A model generated the notes under the pieces. The model ran no database searches, was not told where the DNA came from, and worked only from the letters and a program-made list of their open reading frames with translations. The position numbers and the translations under genes are program-made. A stretch of DNA of 64,000 nt. Source: Escherichia coli (GTDB taxonomy: Bacteria > Pseudomonadota > Gammaproteobacteria > Enterobacterales > Enterobacteriaceae). The stretch lies in assembly GCF_041248615.1 (NCBI RefSeq), contig NZ_CP158426.1; one strand, 5' to 3'. How positions within the stretch are numbered: the first letter of the stretch is position 1; each line of letters starts with the position of its first letter. Positions 45,590 to 59,190 of this stretch are shown here, piece after piece.

Positions 45590-47716
45590 ATGGAACCGAT
45601 GTACCGCAGGCTGACCAGTCCCCACTCAGACCTGATTATTAAAACCCACCCGTATGCAGAGATTGTCTGGTGGGGATCCACCCTGAAACACTTTTCACCG
45701 GATGACTGTATCAGCCTGGAAAGGCCGGTTGCGAATGGTCGTCTGGATACCGACACCCCACTGACGCTGATGGCCGAAAACGGCGCGGGACTTTTTGGCT
45801 CGCCGGGGCTGGAGGGACACCGCAACGGGCTGGATGCGTCCCCTGTGTTCCGTACCATCAGCGTGGTACAGGCCGGAGAATCACTCACCCTGACCAGTGA
45901 GGATGCAGTGGCGGGTCTGCGCATGGTCAGTGAACTGGTGCTGACATCGTCCGGTGTGCTGAAGATGCGTCATGCCCTGACGAACCTCCGTGAAGGGGAC
46001 TGGCAGGTGAACCGCTTCGCCATCACGCTCCCTGTGGCTGAAAGGGCAGAGGAAGTCATGGCCTTCCACGGACGCTGGACTCGTGAGTTTCAGCCGCACA
46101 GGGTCCGTCTCACACATGACGGTTTTGTGCTGGAGAACCGCCGGGGCCGCACGTCCCATGAGCATTTTCCGGCACTGATTGCCGGTGCCCCCGGTTTCTC
46201 AGAACAGCAGGGCGAGGTGTGGGCCGTACATCTGGGCTGGAGTGGCAACCATCGCATGAAATGTGAGGTCAAAACTGACGGACGGCGTTACCTCCAGGCG
46301 GAAGCACTGTGGATGCCCGGAGAAAAAGCCCTGAAGAAGGATGAGACCGTGTACACGCCGTGGCTGTACGCCAGCTATTCCCCGGAGGGGCTCAATGGTA
46401 TGAGTCAGCAGTACCACCGTTTTCTGCGCGATGAAATCATCCGTTTTCCTGAGCAGAAACCCCGTCCGGTGCACCTCAATACCTGGGAAGGTATTTATTT
46501 TGACCACGACCCGAACTACATCATGCAGATGGCCGGACGTGCGGCAGCGCTTGGCGTTGAACGTTTCATTATCGACGACGGCTGGTTTAAGGGACGCAAT
46601 GATGACCATGCGGCTCTGGGCGACTGGTATCTGGATGAACAGAAGTATCCGGACGGACTGATGCCGGTGATTAACCATGTGAAATCACTCGGCATGGAGT
46701 TCGGTATCTGGGTGGAACCGGAAATGATTAACCCGGACTCTGACCTCTTTCGCCGCCATCCTGACTGGGTACTGTCAATGCCGGGGTACACACAACCAAC
46801 CGGGAGACATCAGTATGTTCTCAACCTGAACATTCCTGAGGCCTTTGCTTACATTTATGAACGCTGTTTATGGCTGCTGGGCGAACACCCAGTTGACTAT
46901 GTGAAATGGGACATGAACCGCGAGCTGGTCCAGGCCGGGCATGAAGGTCGGGCGGCGGCGGACGCGCAGACCCGTCAGTTTTACCGGCTGCTGGATCTCC
47001 TGCGCGAACGTTTTCCCCGTGTTGAGTTTGAGTCCTGCGCTTCCGGCGGTGGACGTATCGACTTTGAGGTTCTGACCCGCACGCACCGCTTCTGGGCTTC
47101 TGACAACAATGACGCCCTGGAGCGCTGCACCATACAGCGTGGCATGAGTTACTTTTTCCCGCCGGAGGTTATGGGGGCACACATCGGTCATCATCGCTGC
47201 CATGCCACCTTCCGGCAGCACAGCATTGCCTTTCGCGGTCTGACGGCCCTGTTCGGTCATATGGGACTGGAGCTGGATCCGGTAACGGCCGGAGAAGAGG
47301 AATCCGCCGGTTACCGCCGCTATGCCTCGCTCTACAAAGAATGGCGGCAGCTTATCCACACGGGCACCCTATGGCGGGTGGATATGCCGGATGCGGCGAC
47401 ACAGGTGCAGGGGGTGGTCAGCCCGGATCAGTCGCAGGCGCTCTTCCTGGTGAGCCAGCTTGCCATGCCGGATCACACCCTGCCGGGTGCTCTACGTTTT
47501 CCGGGGCTGGCACCACAGGCCCGTTACCGGCTTCGTGTTGTTGACCATCCGGATATTCAGCTGGTCGGTGAAGGCGGGCATACCATGCGCAGGCTGCCCG
47601 GCTGGATGAACCAGACCTCCGACATCAGTGGGGAATGGCTGGCGCAGGCCGGTATTCAGCTTCCCGTACTGGATCCGGAAAGCGCCATGCTGATTGCCCT
47701 TGAACGTTTGGCATAA
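45590..47716 (+). CDS. rafA: alpha-galactosidase (GH36), RafA-like
   Basis: 708 aa; size and context match raffinose-plasmid RafA. Confidence 0.85.
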   Translation: MEPMYRRLTSPHSDLIIKTHPYAEIVWWGSTLKHFSPDDCISLERPVANGRLDTDTPLTLMAENGAGLFGSPGLEGHRNGLDASPVFRTISVVQAGESLTLTSEDAVAGLRMVSELVLTSSGVLKMRHALTNLREGDWQVNRFAITLPVAERAEEVMAFHGRWTREFQPHRVRLTHDGFVLENRRGRTSHEHFPALIAGAPGFSEQQGEVWAVHLGWSGNHRMKCEVKTDGRRYLQAEALWMPGEKALKKDETVYTPWLYASYSPEGLNGMSQQYHRFLRDEIIRFPEQKPRPVHLNTWEGIYFDHDPNYIMQMAGRAAALGVERFIIDDGWFKGRNDDHAALGDWYLDEQKYPDGLMPVINHVKSLGMEFGIWVEPEMINPDSDLFRRHPDWVLSMPGYTQPTGRHQYVLNLNIPEAFAYIYERCLWLLGEHPVDYVKWDMNRELVQAGHEGRAAADAQTRQFYRLLDLLRERFPRVEFESCASGGGRIDFEVLTRTHRFWASDNNDALERCTIQRGMSYFFPPEVMGAHIGHHRCHATFRQHSIAFRGLTALFGHMGLELDPVTAGEEESAGYRRYASLYKEWRQLIHTGTLWRVDMPDAATQVQGVVSPDQSQALFLVSQLAMPDHTLPGALRFPGLAPQARYRLRVVDHPDIQLVGEGGHTMRRLPGWMNQTSDISGEWLAQAGIQLPVLDPESAMLIALERLA

Positions 47717-47770
47717 AAGGACCGGAGCCGGTCACGGCTCCCTGCACTCAGTCCCGTGAGGATAACAATA

Positions 47771-49048
47771 ATGAATACTGTCAGTACTCATAAAAACCCC
47801 GATTTCTGGATATTTGGTCTGTTCTTTTTTCTCTACTTTTTCATCATGGCAACCTGTTTCCCGTTTCTGCCCGTCTGGCTGTCAGACATTGTGGGGCTGA
47901 GTAAAACGGATACCGGGATTGTTTTTTCATGCCTCTCCCTGTTTGCCATCAGCTTCCAGCCGCTGCTGGGGGTCATCTCAGACCGTCTTGGCCTGAAAAA
48001 ACACCTGATGTGGATCATCAGCCTGCTGCTGGTCCTGTTTGCACCGTTCTTTCTGTACGTTTTTGCGCCGCTGCTGCGGTTCAACATCTGGGCCGGAGCA
48101 CTGAGCGGCGGGATTTTTATCGGCTTCGTTTTTTCTGCGGGAGCCGGTGCCATCGAAGCCTATATTGAACGTGTCAGCCGCAGCAGCGGATTTGAATACG
48201 GTAAGGCCCGGATGTTCGGCTGTCTGGGCTGGGCGCTGTGTGCCACCACGGCAGGGCTGCTTTTCAACGTGGATCCGTCCCTGGTATTCTGGATGGGGTC
48301 CGGCTGCGCATTGCTGCTGGTCCTTCTGGTGGCGCTGGCGCGTCCCGGAACCAGTCAGACAGCGATGGTCATGAATGCGCTGGGTGCCAACTCGCCCGTG
48401 ATTTCCGCCGGAATGGTGTTCAGTCTGTTTCGTATGCGTCAGATGTGGATGTTCGTGCTTTACATGATTGGGGTGGCCTGCGTCTATGACGTGTTTGACC
48501 AGCAGTTTGCCACGTTCTTCCGTGCATTTTTTGACACGCCGCAGGCGGGGATCCGGGCATTTGGTTTTGCCACCACGGCTGGCGAGATTTGCAATGCCAT
48601 CATCATGTTCTGCTCCCCCTGGATAATCAACCGCATTGGTGCCAAAAACACACTGCTTGTCGCGGGTCTGATTATGACCATCCGCATCACAGGGTCGGCC
48701 TTTGCCACCACGGCTACTGAAGTGGTGATCCTGAAAATGCTGCATGCCCTTGAAGTCCCATTCCTGCTGGTTGGTGCGTTCAAGTATATCACCGGCGTGT
48801 TTGATACCCGGCTGTCGGCCACCATTTATCTGATTGGCTTTCAGTTCTCCAAACAACTGGCGGCGATATTCCTCTCAACCTTTGCAGGTCACCTGTATGA
48901 CCGCATGGGGTTCCAGAACACCTATCTGGTTCTGGGCGGTATTGTCCTTGCGGTCACCGTGTTATCGGCTTTCACCCTGAGCAGTACCCGTAAAACGGCT
49001 GCCCCGTCAGCAGAAACCGCTACAGCACAGACGGAGGTTCGCTTATGA
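47771..49048 (+). CDS. rafB: raffinose permease (LacY-family oligosaccharide:H+ symporter), RafB-like
   Basis: Start at MNTVSTHKNPDFWIFGLFFFLYFF with GAGGA ribosome-binding site; LacY-like throughout. Confidence 0.85.
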   Translation: MNTVSTHKNPDFWIFGLFFFLYFFIMATCFPFLPVWLSDIVGLSKTDTGIVFSCLSLFAISFQPLLGVISDRLGLKKHLMWIISLLLVLFAPFFLYVFAPLLRFNIWAGALSGGIFIGFVFSAGAGAIEAYIERVSRSSGFEYGKARMFGCLGWALCATTAGLLFNVDPSLVFWMGSGCALLLVLLVALARPGTSQTAMVMNALGANSPVISAGMVFSLFRMRQMWMFVLYMIGVACVYDVFDQQFATFFRAFFDTPQAGIRAFGFATTAGEICNAIIMFCSPWIINRIGAKNTLLVAGLIMTIRITGSAFATTATEVVILKMLHALEVPFLLVGAFKYITGVFDTRLSATIYLIGFQFSKQLAAIFLSTFAGHLYDRMGFQNTYLVLGGIVLAVTVLSAFTLSSTRKTAAPSAETATAQTEVRL

Positions 49049-50475
49049 AACAGCGTCTTGCCTCTGCACAGGTTGCACTTGATACACTCCGCGCCCGTCG
49101 TGGTGATACCTGGTACCCGGTTTTTCATCTGGCTCCACCTGCCGGATGGATGAATGATCCGAACGGGCTTATTTATTTCAGCGGTCGCTATCACGCATTC
49201 TTTCAGCACCATCCGGCAAGTGAACATCAGGGGCCGATGCACTGGGGACATGCCACCAGTCCGGACATGCTGCACTGGCAGCATGAGCCGGTTGCGCTGG
49301 CACCCGGTGATGAATATGACCGGGATGGCTGTTTTTCCGGCAGCGCAGTGGACGACAACGGCGTGCTGTCGCTTATCTACACCGGTCATCTCTGTCTGGA
49401 GGATCGGGGGGATGACAGCATCATCCGCGAAGTCCAGTGTCTGGCAACCAGCCGTGACGGCATTCACTTTGAGAAACAGGGCTGCGTGCTGACGCCACCG
49501 GAAGGCATCATGCATTTCCGTGACCCGAAGGTCTGGCGGGAAGGGGGATACTGGTGGATGGTTATCGGCGCGCGGGATACCTCTGACACCGGTCAGGTGC
49601 TGCTGTATCGCGGCACATCCCTGCGGGACTGGCGCCAGGAACGGGTTCTAGCGCAGTCGGCAGCCGGAGAAAGCTATATGTGGGAATGTCCGGACTTTTT
49701 CCGCTGTGGCGACCATCACTGGCTGATGTTCTCCCCGCAGGGGATGACGCCCGGCGGATACCGGTTCCGCAACCGCTTTCAGAGCGGAGTTTTACCGGGT
49801 CACTGGCAGCCGGGGGCCGCCTTTGCCCTGAGCGGGGCATTTGAAGAACTGGATCACGGTCATGATTTTTATGCCCCGCAGTCCCTGGTCGCGGAGGACG
49901 GACGGCGCATCATCATGGCCTGGATGAATATGTGGGACTCCCCGATGCCTACAAAGCGTGAGGCCTGGGCCGGATGTCTGACCCTGCCGAGGGAACTTTT
50001 TGAACGCCATGGTCGTCTGTGTCAGCGTCCGGTTCGCGAAGCCGAATCCCTTCGCGGGACGTGCCAGCCGTTACACCCTGTAAGGCTCAGTGGCACGCAG
50101 TTGCTGGCTGAGGACGCACAGGCCGTGGAACTGGTGCTGACGTGGCATACCCTCGACAGTCAGGCAGAGCATTACGGCATCCACCTGGGAGACGGGCTCC
50201 GGCTGTATGTGGATAACCAGGCAGGACGGCTGGTGCTTTGGCGTCACTACCCGGATGAGGGGCTGGACGGTTACCGCAGTATCGCGCTGCCTGGCGCAGA
50301 ATATCTGACGCTACGGGTTTTCCTGGACCGTTCATCGGTGGAAGTGTTCGTTAACGATGGCGATGCCACCCTGTCCAGCCGTATTTACCCGCAGCCCGGA
50401 ACCCGCCGGTTGTCGCTATATGCAGCTCACGGCGAGGCTGTGCTGACGGACGGCTCACTGTGGACGCTGGCCTGA
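49045..50475 (+). CDS. rafD: GH32 invertase / sucrose hydrolase, RafD-like
   Basis: 476 aa; GH32 signature WMNDPNG near the N-terminus; start overlaps rafB stop by 4 bp. Confidence 0.85.
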   Translation: MKQRLASAQVALDTLRARRGDTWYPVFHLAPPAGWMNDPNGLIYFSGRYHAFFQHHPASEHQGPMHWGHATSPDMLHWQHEPVALAPGDEYDRDGCFSGSAVDDNGVLSLIYTGHLCLEDRGDDSIIREVQCLATSRDGIHFEKQGCVLTPPEGIMHFRDPKVWREGGYWWMVIGARDTSDTGQVLLYRGTSLRDWRQERVLAQSAAGESYMWECPDFFRCGDHHWLMFSPQGMTPGGYRFRNRFQSGVLPGHWQPGAAFALSGAFEELDHGHDFYAPQSLVAEDGRRIIMAWMNMWDSPMPTKREAWAGCLTLPRELFERHGRLCQRPVREAESLRGTCQPLHPVRLSGTQLLAEDAQAVELVLTWHTLDSQAEHYGIHLGDGLRLYVDNQAGRLVLWRHYPDEGLDGYRSIALPGAEYLTLRVFLDRSSVEVFVNDGDATLSSRIYPQPGTRRLSLYAAHGEAVLTDGSLWTLA

Positions 50476-50538
50476 AATAATTCCACTGCCGTCGGTGACG
50501 GCAGTACTTTCGGTTCACCCGTAATGAAGGAAAGCACA

Positions 50539-51054
50539 ATGGGATTACTGGGCAGGATTAAACAACTGATAAGTGAAAATGAGAAACCGGCGGAAGTCAC
50601 CCGCGTGATGGCACCGCTGTCCGGTGAAATTGTCCCTCTGGACACGGTTCCGGATGCTGTGTTTGCCGGGAAAATAGTGGGGGATGGTATTGCTATCCGT
50701 CCTTCCGGCGGCGATACCTTGATGGCTCCTGTCAGCGGCACTATCGGTAAAATACTGGAGACAAACCACGCGTTTTCCATCCGCACCGACAGTGGCACTG
50801 AACTGTTCGTGCACTTCGGTATTAACACAGTTGACCTCAGGGGAGAGGGTTTCCGGCGTATTGCCCAGGAAGGCCAGCTGATCAGCACCGGTGACCCCGT
50901 CATCGGGTTTGACCTTGCGTTACTTCAGCAGAAAGCACAGTCCACGCTGACACCGGTGATTGTGGCGGACTCTGACCGTGTCCAGGAGATAACCCTGTTC
51001 TCCGGCCCGGTCATCGCCGGAGAAACACCGGTTTTTGATATCAGCAGCCAGTAA
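50539..51054 (+). CDS. PTS EIIA(Glc)-like protein (Crr paralogue)
   Basis: 171 aa from MGLLGRIK (ribosome-binding site AAGGA 7 nt upstream); contains the EIIA-Glc core …KIVGDGIAIRPSG…GKILETNHAFSI…LFVHFGINTVDLRGEGF… including the two active-site His. Confidence 0.75.
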   Translation: MGLLGRIKQLISENEKPAEVTRVMAPLSGEIVPLDTVPDAVFAGKIVGDGIAIRPSGGDTLMAPVSGTIGKILETNHAFSIRTDSGTELFVHFGINTVDLRGEGFRRIAQEGQLISTGDPVIGFDLALLQQKAQSTLTPVIVADSDRVQEITLFSGPVIAGETPVFDISSQ

Positions 51055-51324
51055 GCGCCATGAGTGACAATATCGCCAGCGGGCAGCTGGTATCAGGGAA
51101 AGCCGCACATCTGGCCTGGTGCGGGCTGGTAGCCCTGCATCTGGCCCGCCGGGATGGCCGGATTGCGTCAAAAATCCAGGAAAACCTGTTTCTAAACCGC
51201 TGGCGGAGCACAGCACTGAAACAGCACCGTTTTCCCCGCACATATCAGAGCCCTGCAGAGTGAAAGCGGGGCGAAAGATATCCGCAGCAGGCTGGAGTAT
51301 CTGTGGCAGGCCTGCTCTGGTGAT

Positions 51325-51636
51325 GTGTCGGTACAGACTGACCTGTTCCGCCTGACATTCGCCCTGGAAACCATCAGGGAGCAGGGCTGGTGCTGGCGGA
51401 TACTGAGCGACCGGAAATGGGAGGGGCGTAATGTCGTGGTTCCGAACGGGGATGCCGGCAGCTTTTATCTTTCCCGCTCACGTCTTGAGGCGGCATTTGA
51501 TTATCAGGGGAGGTTGCTGCATCCCCTGACCGGCGATGTGTCTGCCCTCGCTGCCCTGCTCCGGAATGCGGGTTGGTATCCAATTCCAGCCGGAACCACG
51601 GATATGGCGATGTTTGAGCTGTCTGTCATCCGCTGA
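51325..51636 (+). CDS. hypothetical small protein (uncertain; possibly part of a decayed gene)
   Basis: 103-aa ORF with GTG start in a GC-rich stretch where all three plus frames carry 60-100-codon ORFs (51060-51263, 51119-51355, 51325-51636). Confidence 0.25.
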   Translation: MSVQTDLFRLTFALETIREQGWCWRILSDRKWEGRNVVVPNGDAGSFYLSRSRLEAAFDYQGRLLHPLTGDVSALAALLRNAGWYPIPAGTTDMAMFELSVIR

Positions 51637-51665
51637 ATATGACTGATGAAAATCATGGAGTATGA

Positions 51666-52592
51666 ATGAGTACAGTAAAAGTATGGGGTCTCGGTGATGC
51701 CGTGGTGGATTTATTACCGGAGAAGCCGGGCACGCTGTTGCAGTGCCCTGGTGGTGCGCCTGCCAATGTTGCCGTGGGCGTGGCCCGACTGGGGGGCCTG
51801 AGCGGGTTTGTCGGGTGTGTGGGGGATGACCCTTTCGGGCGTTTTATGCGCAAAACCCTGGCTGATGAGGGTGTGGACACGGCGTATATGCATACCGACC
51901 CTCTGTACCGGACTTCCACAGTGGTGGTGTCGCTGGTGCCGGGTGGTGAACGAACCTTCACATTTATGGTGCGCCCTTCGGCAGACCTTTTCCTTACCCC
52001 TGATGATTTACCGCCCTTTCGTGCCGGTGAATGGCTGCATACCTGCTCCAATGCCCTGAGTGCAGAGCCCTGCCGCAGCGCCACGTTTCAGGCCATGGAG
52101 AACATCCGGCAGGCTGGCGGCAGGGTCAGCTTTGACCCCAACATCCGGACTGACCTGTGGCAGAGCACATCGCAACTGCGTGAGTGTCTGCACCGGGCGC
52201 TCATGCTGGCGGATGTGGCAAAGGTATCGGAAGAGGAACTGTTCTTTATCAGCGGTGAACAGGATGTCCGGAAGGGAACCGATGTTCTGGCATCACATTA
52301 TCCCCTGGCACTGCTGCTGGTAACCCAAGGAAAGGATGGCGTGATGGCTCGCTGGCAGGGAAAAAACCTGTACTTCCCGGCAACACCGGTGGTGAGTGTG
52401 GACACGACCGGTGCCGGTGACGCCTTCGTGGCAGGTCTGCTGGCAGCGCTGGCGGCAGAGGGGATGCCCTCCGGTGAGCAGGCACTCGCATCCGTCATCG
52501 AACAGGCCCAGCGCTGTGGTGCGCTTGCCACGACAGCAAAAGGTGCCATGACAGCGTTACCCCGTCGCCAGGATTTACTGAAACACCCCTGA
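51666..52592 (+). CDS. scrK: fructokinase (ribokinase/pfkB family; ScrK/CscK-like)
   Basis: 308 aa; VLGDAVVDLL N-terminus and DTTGAGDAF ATP-binding motif. Confidence 0.85.
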   Translation: MSTVKVWGLGDAVVDLLPEKPGTLLQCPGGAPANVAVGVARLGGLSGFVGCVGDDPFGRFMRKTLADEGVDTAYMHTDPLYRTSTVVVSLVPGGERTFTFMVRPSADLFLTPDDLPPFRAGEWLHTCSNALSAEPCRSATFQAMENIRQAGGRVSFDPNIRTDLWQSTSQLRECLHRALMLADVAKVSEEELFFISGEQDVRKGTDVLASHYPLALLLVTQGKDGVMARWQGKNLYFPATPVVSVDTTGAGDAFVAGLLAALAAEGMPSGEQALASVIEQAQRCGALATTAKGAMTALPRRQDLLKHP

Positions 52593-52640
52593 CCGTTTCC
52601 TGCCCGTAACCGTTGTGCACGTCATTTTTGTTGCGGGTGA

Positions 52641-54188
<1,548 letters not shown>

Positions 54189-54193
54189 ACACT

Positions 54194-54219
54194 AACGCTC
54201 CCGGTGTACCGGGAGCGTT
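54194..54219 (+). terminator. hairpin terminator after the porin gene
   Basis: AACGCTCCCGGT-GTAC-CGGGAGCGTT perfect stem directly after the stop codon. Confidence 0.6.
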
Positions 54220-54424
54220 GCCGGTCATTGTCCCGTAAATGAAAGCGTTGTTCATCAATAGGAATTTAAACCCCAAAAAGATTAAAAAAACACCTGAAAA
54301 AGGGCGCTTTCTCAGCATCGTCACACATGCCATAACTTCGACGTCATCAATTAAATGGACTTCATTGATTGATACCGGGTATCGTGACGGGAGCCTGTTT
54401 AGGATTCTGTGTAAATGCCTTTTC

Positions 54425-55217
54425 TCAGAAGTGACCGTCCAGGCGGTCACCGAACTCGATAATAAAGCGGCTCATTGCCATTCGCCAGTCCTTCAACGGC
54501 ATCGTCCATTTCTGGGACGCAGACTGGATTGCCAGCCACACCACTTTTTTCACCGAGTCGTCTGTCGGGAACACTTTACGCTTTTTGATCGCATGGCGGA
54601 TCACGCTGTTTAGCGACTCGATGGCATTCGTCGTATAGATCACTTTGCGGATGTCCGTTGGATAAGCGAAGAACGTGGCAAGATTCGGCCAGTTAGCCTG
54701 CCAGCTTCGGCTTATCTGAGGATAGCGACTGTCCCAGGCCGCAGCGAACGCTTCCAGTGCCTGCTGACCTGCCTCTTCCGTGGGAGCTTGATAAATCGCT
54801 TTCAGGTCGCGAGTGACGGCCTTGTAGTCCTTCCATGACACGAAGCGCAGGCTGTTGCGCACCATATGCACGATGCATAACTGGATGCGGGCCTTCGGAT
54901 ATACTGTGTTGATGGCATCCGGGAAGCCTTTCAGGCCATCCACACAGGCGATGAGGATATCGTTCAGACCGCGGTTTTTCAGTTCAGTCAGCACATTGAG
55001 CCAGAACTTCGCCCCTTCATTTTCGGCCAGCCACATACCCAGCAGTTCCTTCTGACCTTCGATATTGATGCCCAGTGCCAGGAACACCGATTTGTTGATG
55101 ACGCGACTGTCCTGCCGAACTTTCAGGACGATACAGTCAAGATAAACAATGGGGTAAACAGCATCCAGTGGTCTGTTTTGCCATTCTACAACCTGCTCCA
55201 TCACGGCATCGGTGACC
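54425..55217 (-). pseudogene. IS256-family (mutator-type) transposase, N-terminally truncated by IS3-family insertion
   Basis: Encodes only the C-terminal roughly 260 aa (…VTDAVMEQVVEWQNRPLDAVYPIVYLDCIVLKVRQD…); the frame runs open into the terminal inverted repeat of the neighbouring IS3-family element at 55218. Confidence 0.75.
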
Positions 55218-55271
55218 TGAGCCGCCCCGGGAATCCTGGAGACTAAACTCCCTGAGAAAGAGGTAAACAGA

Positions 55272-55598
55272 ATGACTAAAAATACTCGTTTTTCCCCCGA
55301 AGTCCGTCAGAGGGCGATTCGTATGGTTCTGGAAAGTCAGGGCGAATATGACTCACAGTGGGCGGCAATTTGTTCCATTGCCCCAAAGATTGGCTGTACA
55401 CCGGAGACTCTGCGTGTCTGGGTGCGCCAGCATGAGCGGGATACCGGAGGCGGTGATGGCGGGCTCACCACCGCTGAACGTCAGCGTCTGAAAGAGCTGG
55501 AACGTGAAAATCGTGAACTGCGCCGCAGTAACGATATCCTTCGCCAGGCTTCCGCTTATTTTGCGAAGGTGGAGTTCGACCGCCTCTGGAAAAAGTGA
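55272..55598 (+). CDS. IS3-family transposase OrfA (IS629/IS1203-like)
   Basis: 108 aa, [51 protein letters not shown]; HTH plus leucine zipper. Confidence 0.85.
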   Translation: MTKNTRFSPEVRQRAIRMVLESQGEYDSQWAAICSIAPKIGCTPETLRVWVRQHERDTGGGDGGLTTAERQRLKELERENRELRRSNDILRQASAYFAKVEFDRLWKK

Positions 55599-56012
55599 TG
55601 CCACTGCTGGATAAGCTGCGTAAGCTGTACGGGGTCGGACCGGTATGCAGTGAACTACATATTGCCCCGTCAACGTATTACCACTGTCAGCAACAGCGAC
55701 ATCATCCTGATAAACGCAGTGCCCGTGCGCAGCGCGATGACTGGCTGAAGAAAGAGATACTGCGCGTATACGATGGGAATCATCAGGTATACGGTGTGCG
55801 TAAAGTCTGGCGTCAGTTGTTACGGGAAGGAATCAGGGTAGCCAGATGTACAGTGGCGCGCCTCATGGCGGTTATGGGACTTGCCGGTGTTCTCCGGGGT
55901 AAAAAGGTCCGCACTACCGTCAGCCGGAAAGCCGTTGCCGCAGGCGACCGCGTAAACCGTCAGTTTGTGGCAGAACGTCCTGACCAGTTGTGGGTGGCTG
56001 ATTTTACTTACG
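55595..56012 (+). CDS. IS3-family transposase OrfB, 5' exon (interrupted by group II intron)
   Basis: Frame runs to …[10 protein letters not shown] then meets GTGTG at 56013; the ORF-track continuation [15 protein letters not shown] is intron read-through. Confidence 0.65.
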
Positions 56013-58761
<2,749 letters not shown>

Positions 58762-58799
58762 CCACTTCAGTGGGTGGTGGTGTTAAGAGCATGCGGTCT

Positions 58800-58935
58800 G
58801 CGTAAGAGAAAGGGGTGAGCATTTTACGCTGCTGTTGCTGCCGGATGCGGCTCGCGCCTTATCCGGCCTATAAATGAGCGTGAAACGCAGGCCTACAAAT
58901 GAGTGTGAAATGTAGGCCTGATAAGCGAAGCGCCA
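58800..58935. repeat. REP-like elements
   Basis: TGCCGGATGCGGCTCGCGCCTTATCCGGCCTA and GTAGGCCTGATAAGCGAAGCGCCATCAGG between the IS3-family end and the lactate module. Confidence 0.45.
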
Positions 58936-59142
58936 TCAGGAATAAGTGCCAGGTATTACACGCGGAAGTAGCGTGGTGGAATCAACGCGGAAAAGGCGTC
59001 GAACTTCTTCACCATCTTTTTCCAGAACAACATAACAACAATCCTCGATTTGAAACATCGGCGCTATTTTAGTCAGCGCCGACAAATCGTAAAGCCTGTC
59101 GCCTTGTTCCGTTTCTGGGGTGGTATAAACCTTTTTGGTCAC
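58936..59142 (-). CDS. hypothetical small protein (low confidence)
   Basis: 68-aa ORF co-directional with and 48 bp downstream of the lactate permease gene; no family recognised. Confidence 0.25.
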   Translation of the reverse strand: MTKKVYTTPETEQGDRLYDLSALTKIAPMFQIEDCCYVVLEKDGEEVRRLFRVDSTTLLPRVIPGTYS

Positions 59143-59190
59143 TGTGTCGTCAAATACGATTGCCGCGAATTTGACGGGGTTGACAATGGC

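Noticed and set aside
47978-48856. 292-codon minus-strand ORF inside rafB
   Set aside because: Antisense to the permease gene; His/Gly/Arg-rich translation.
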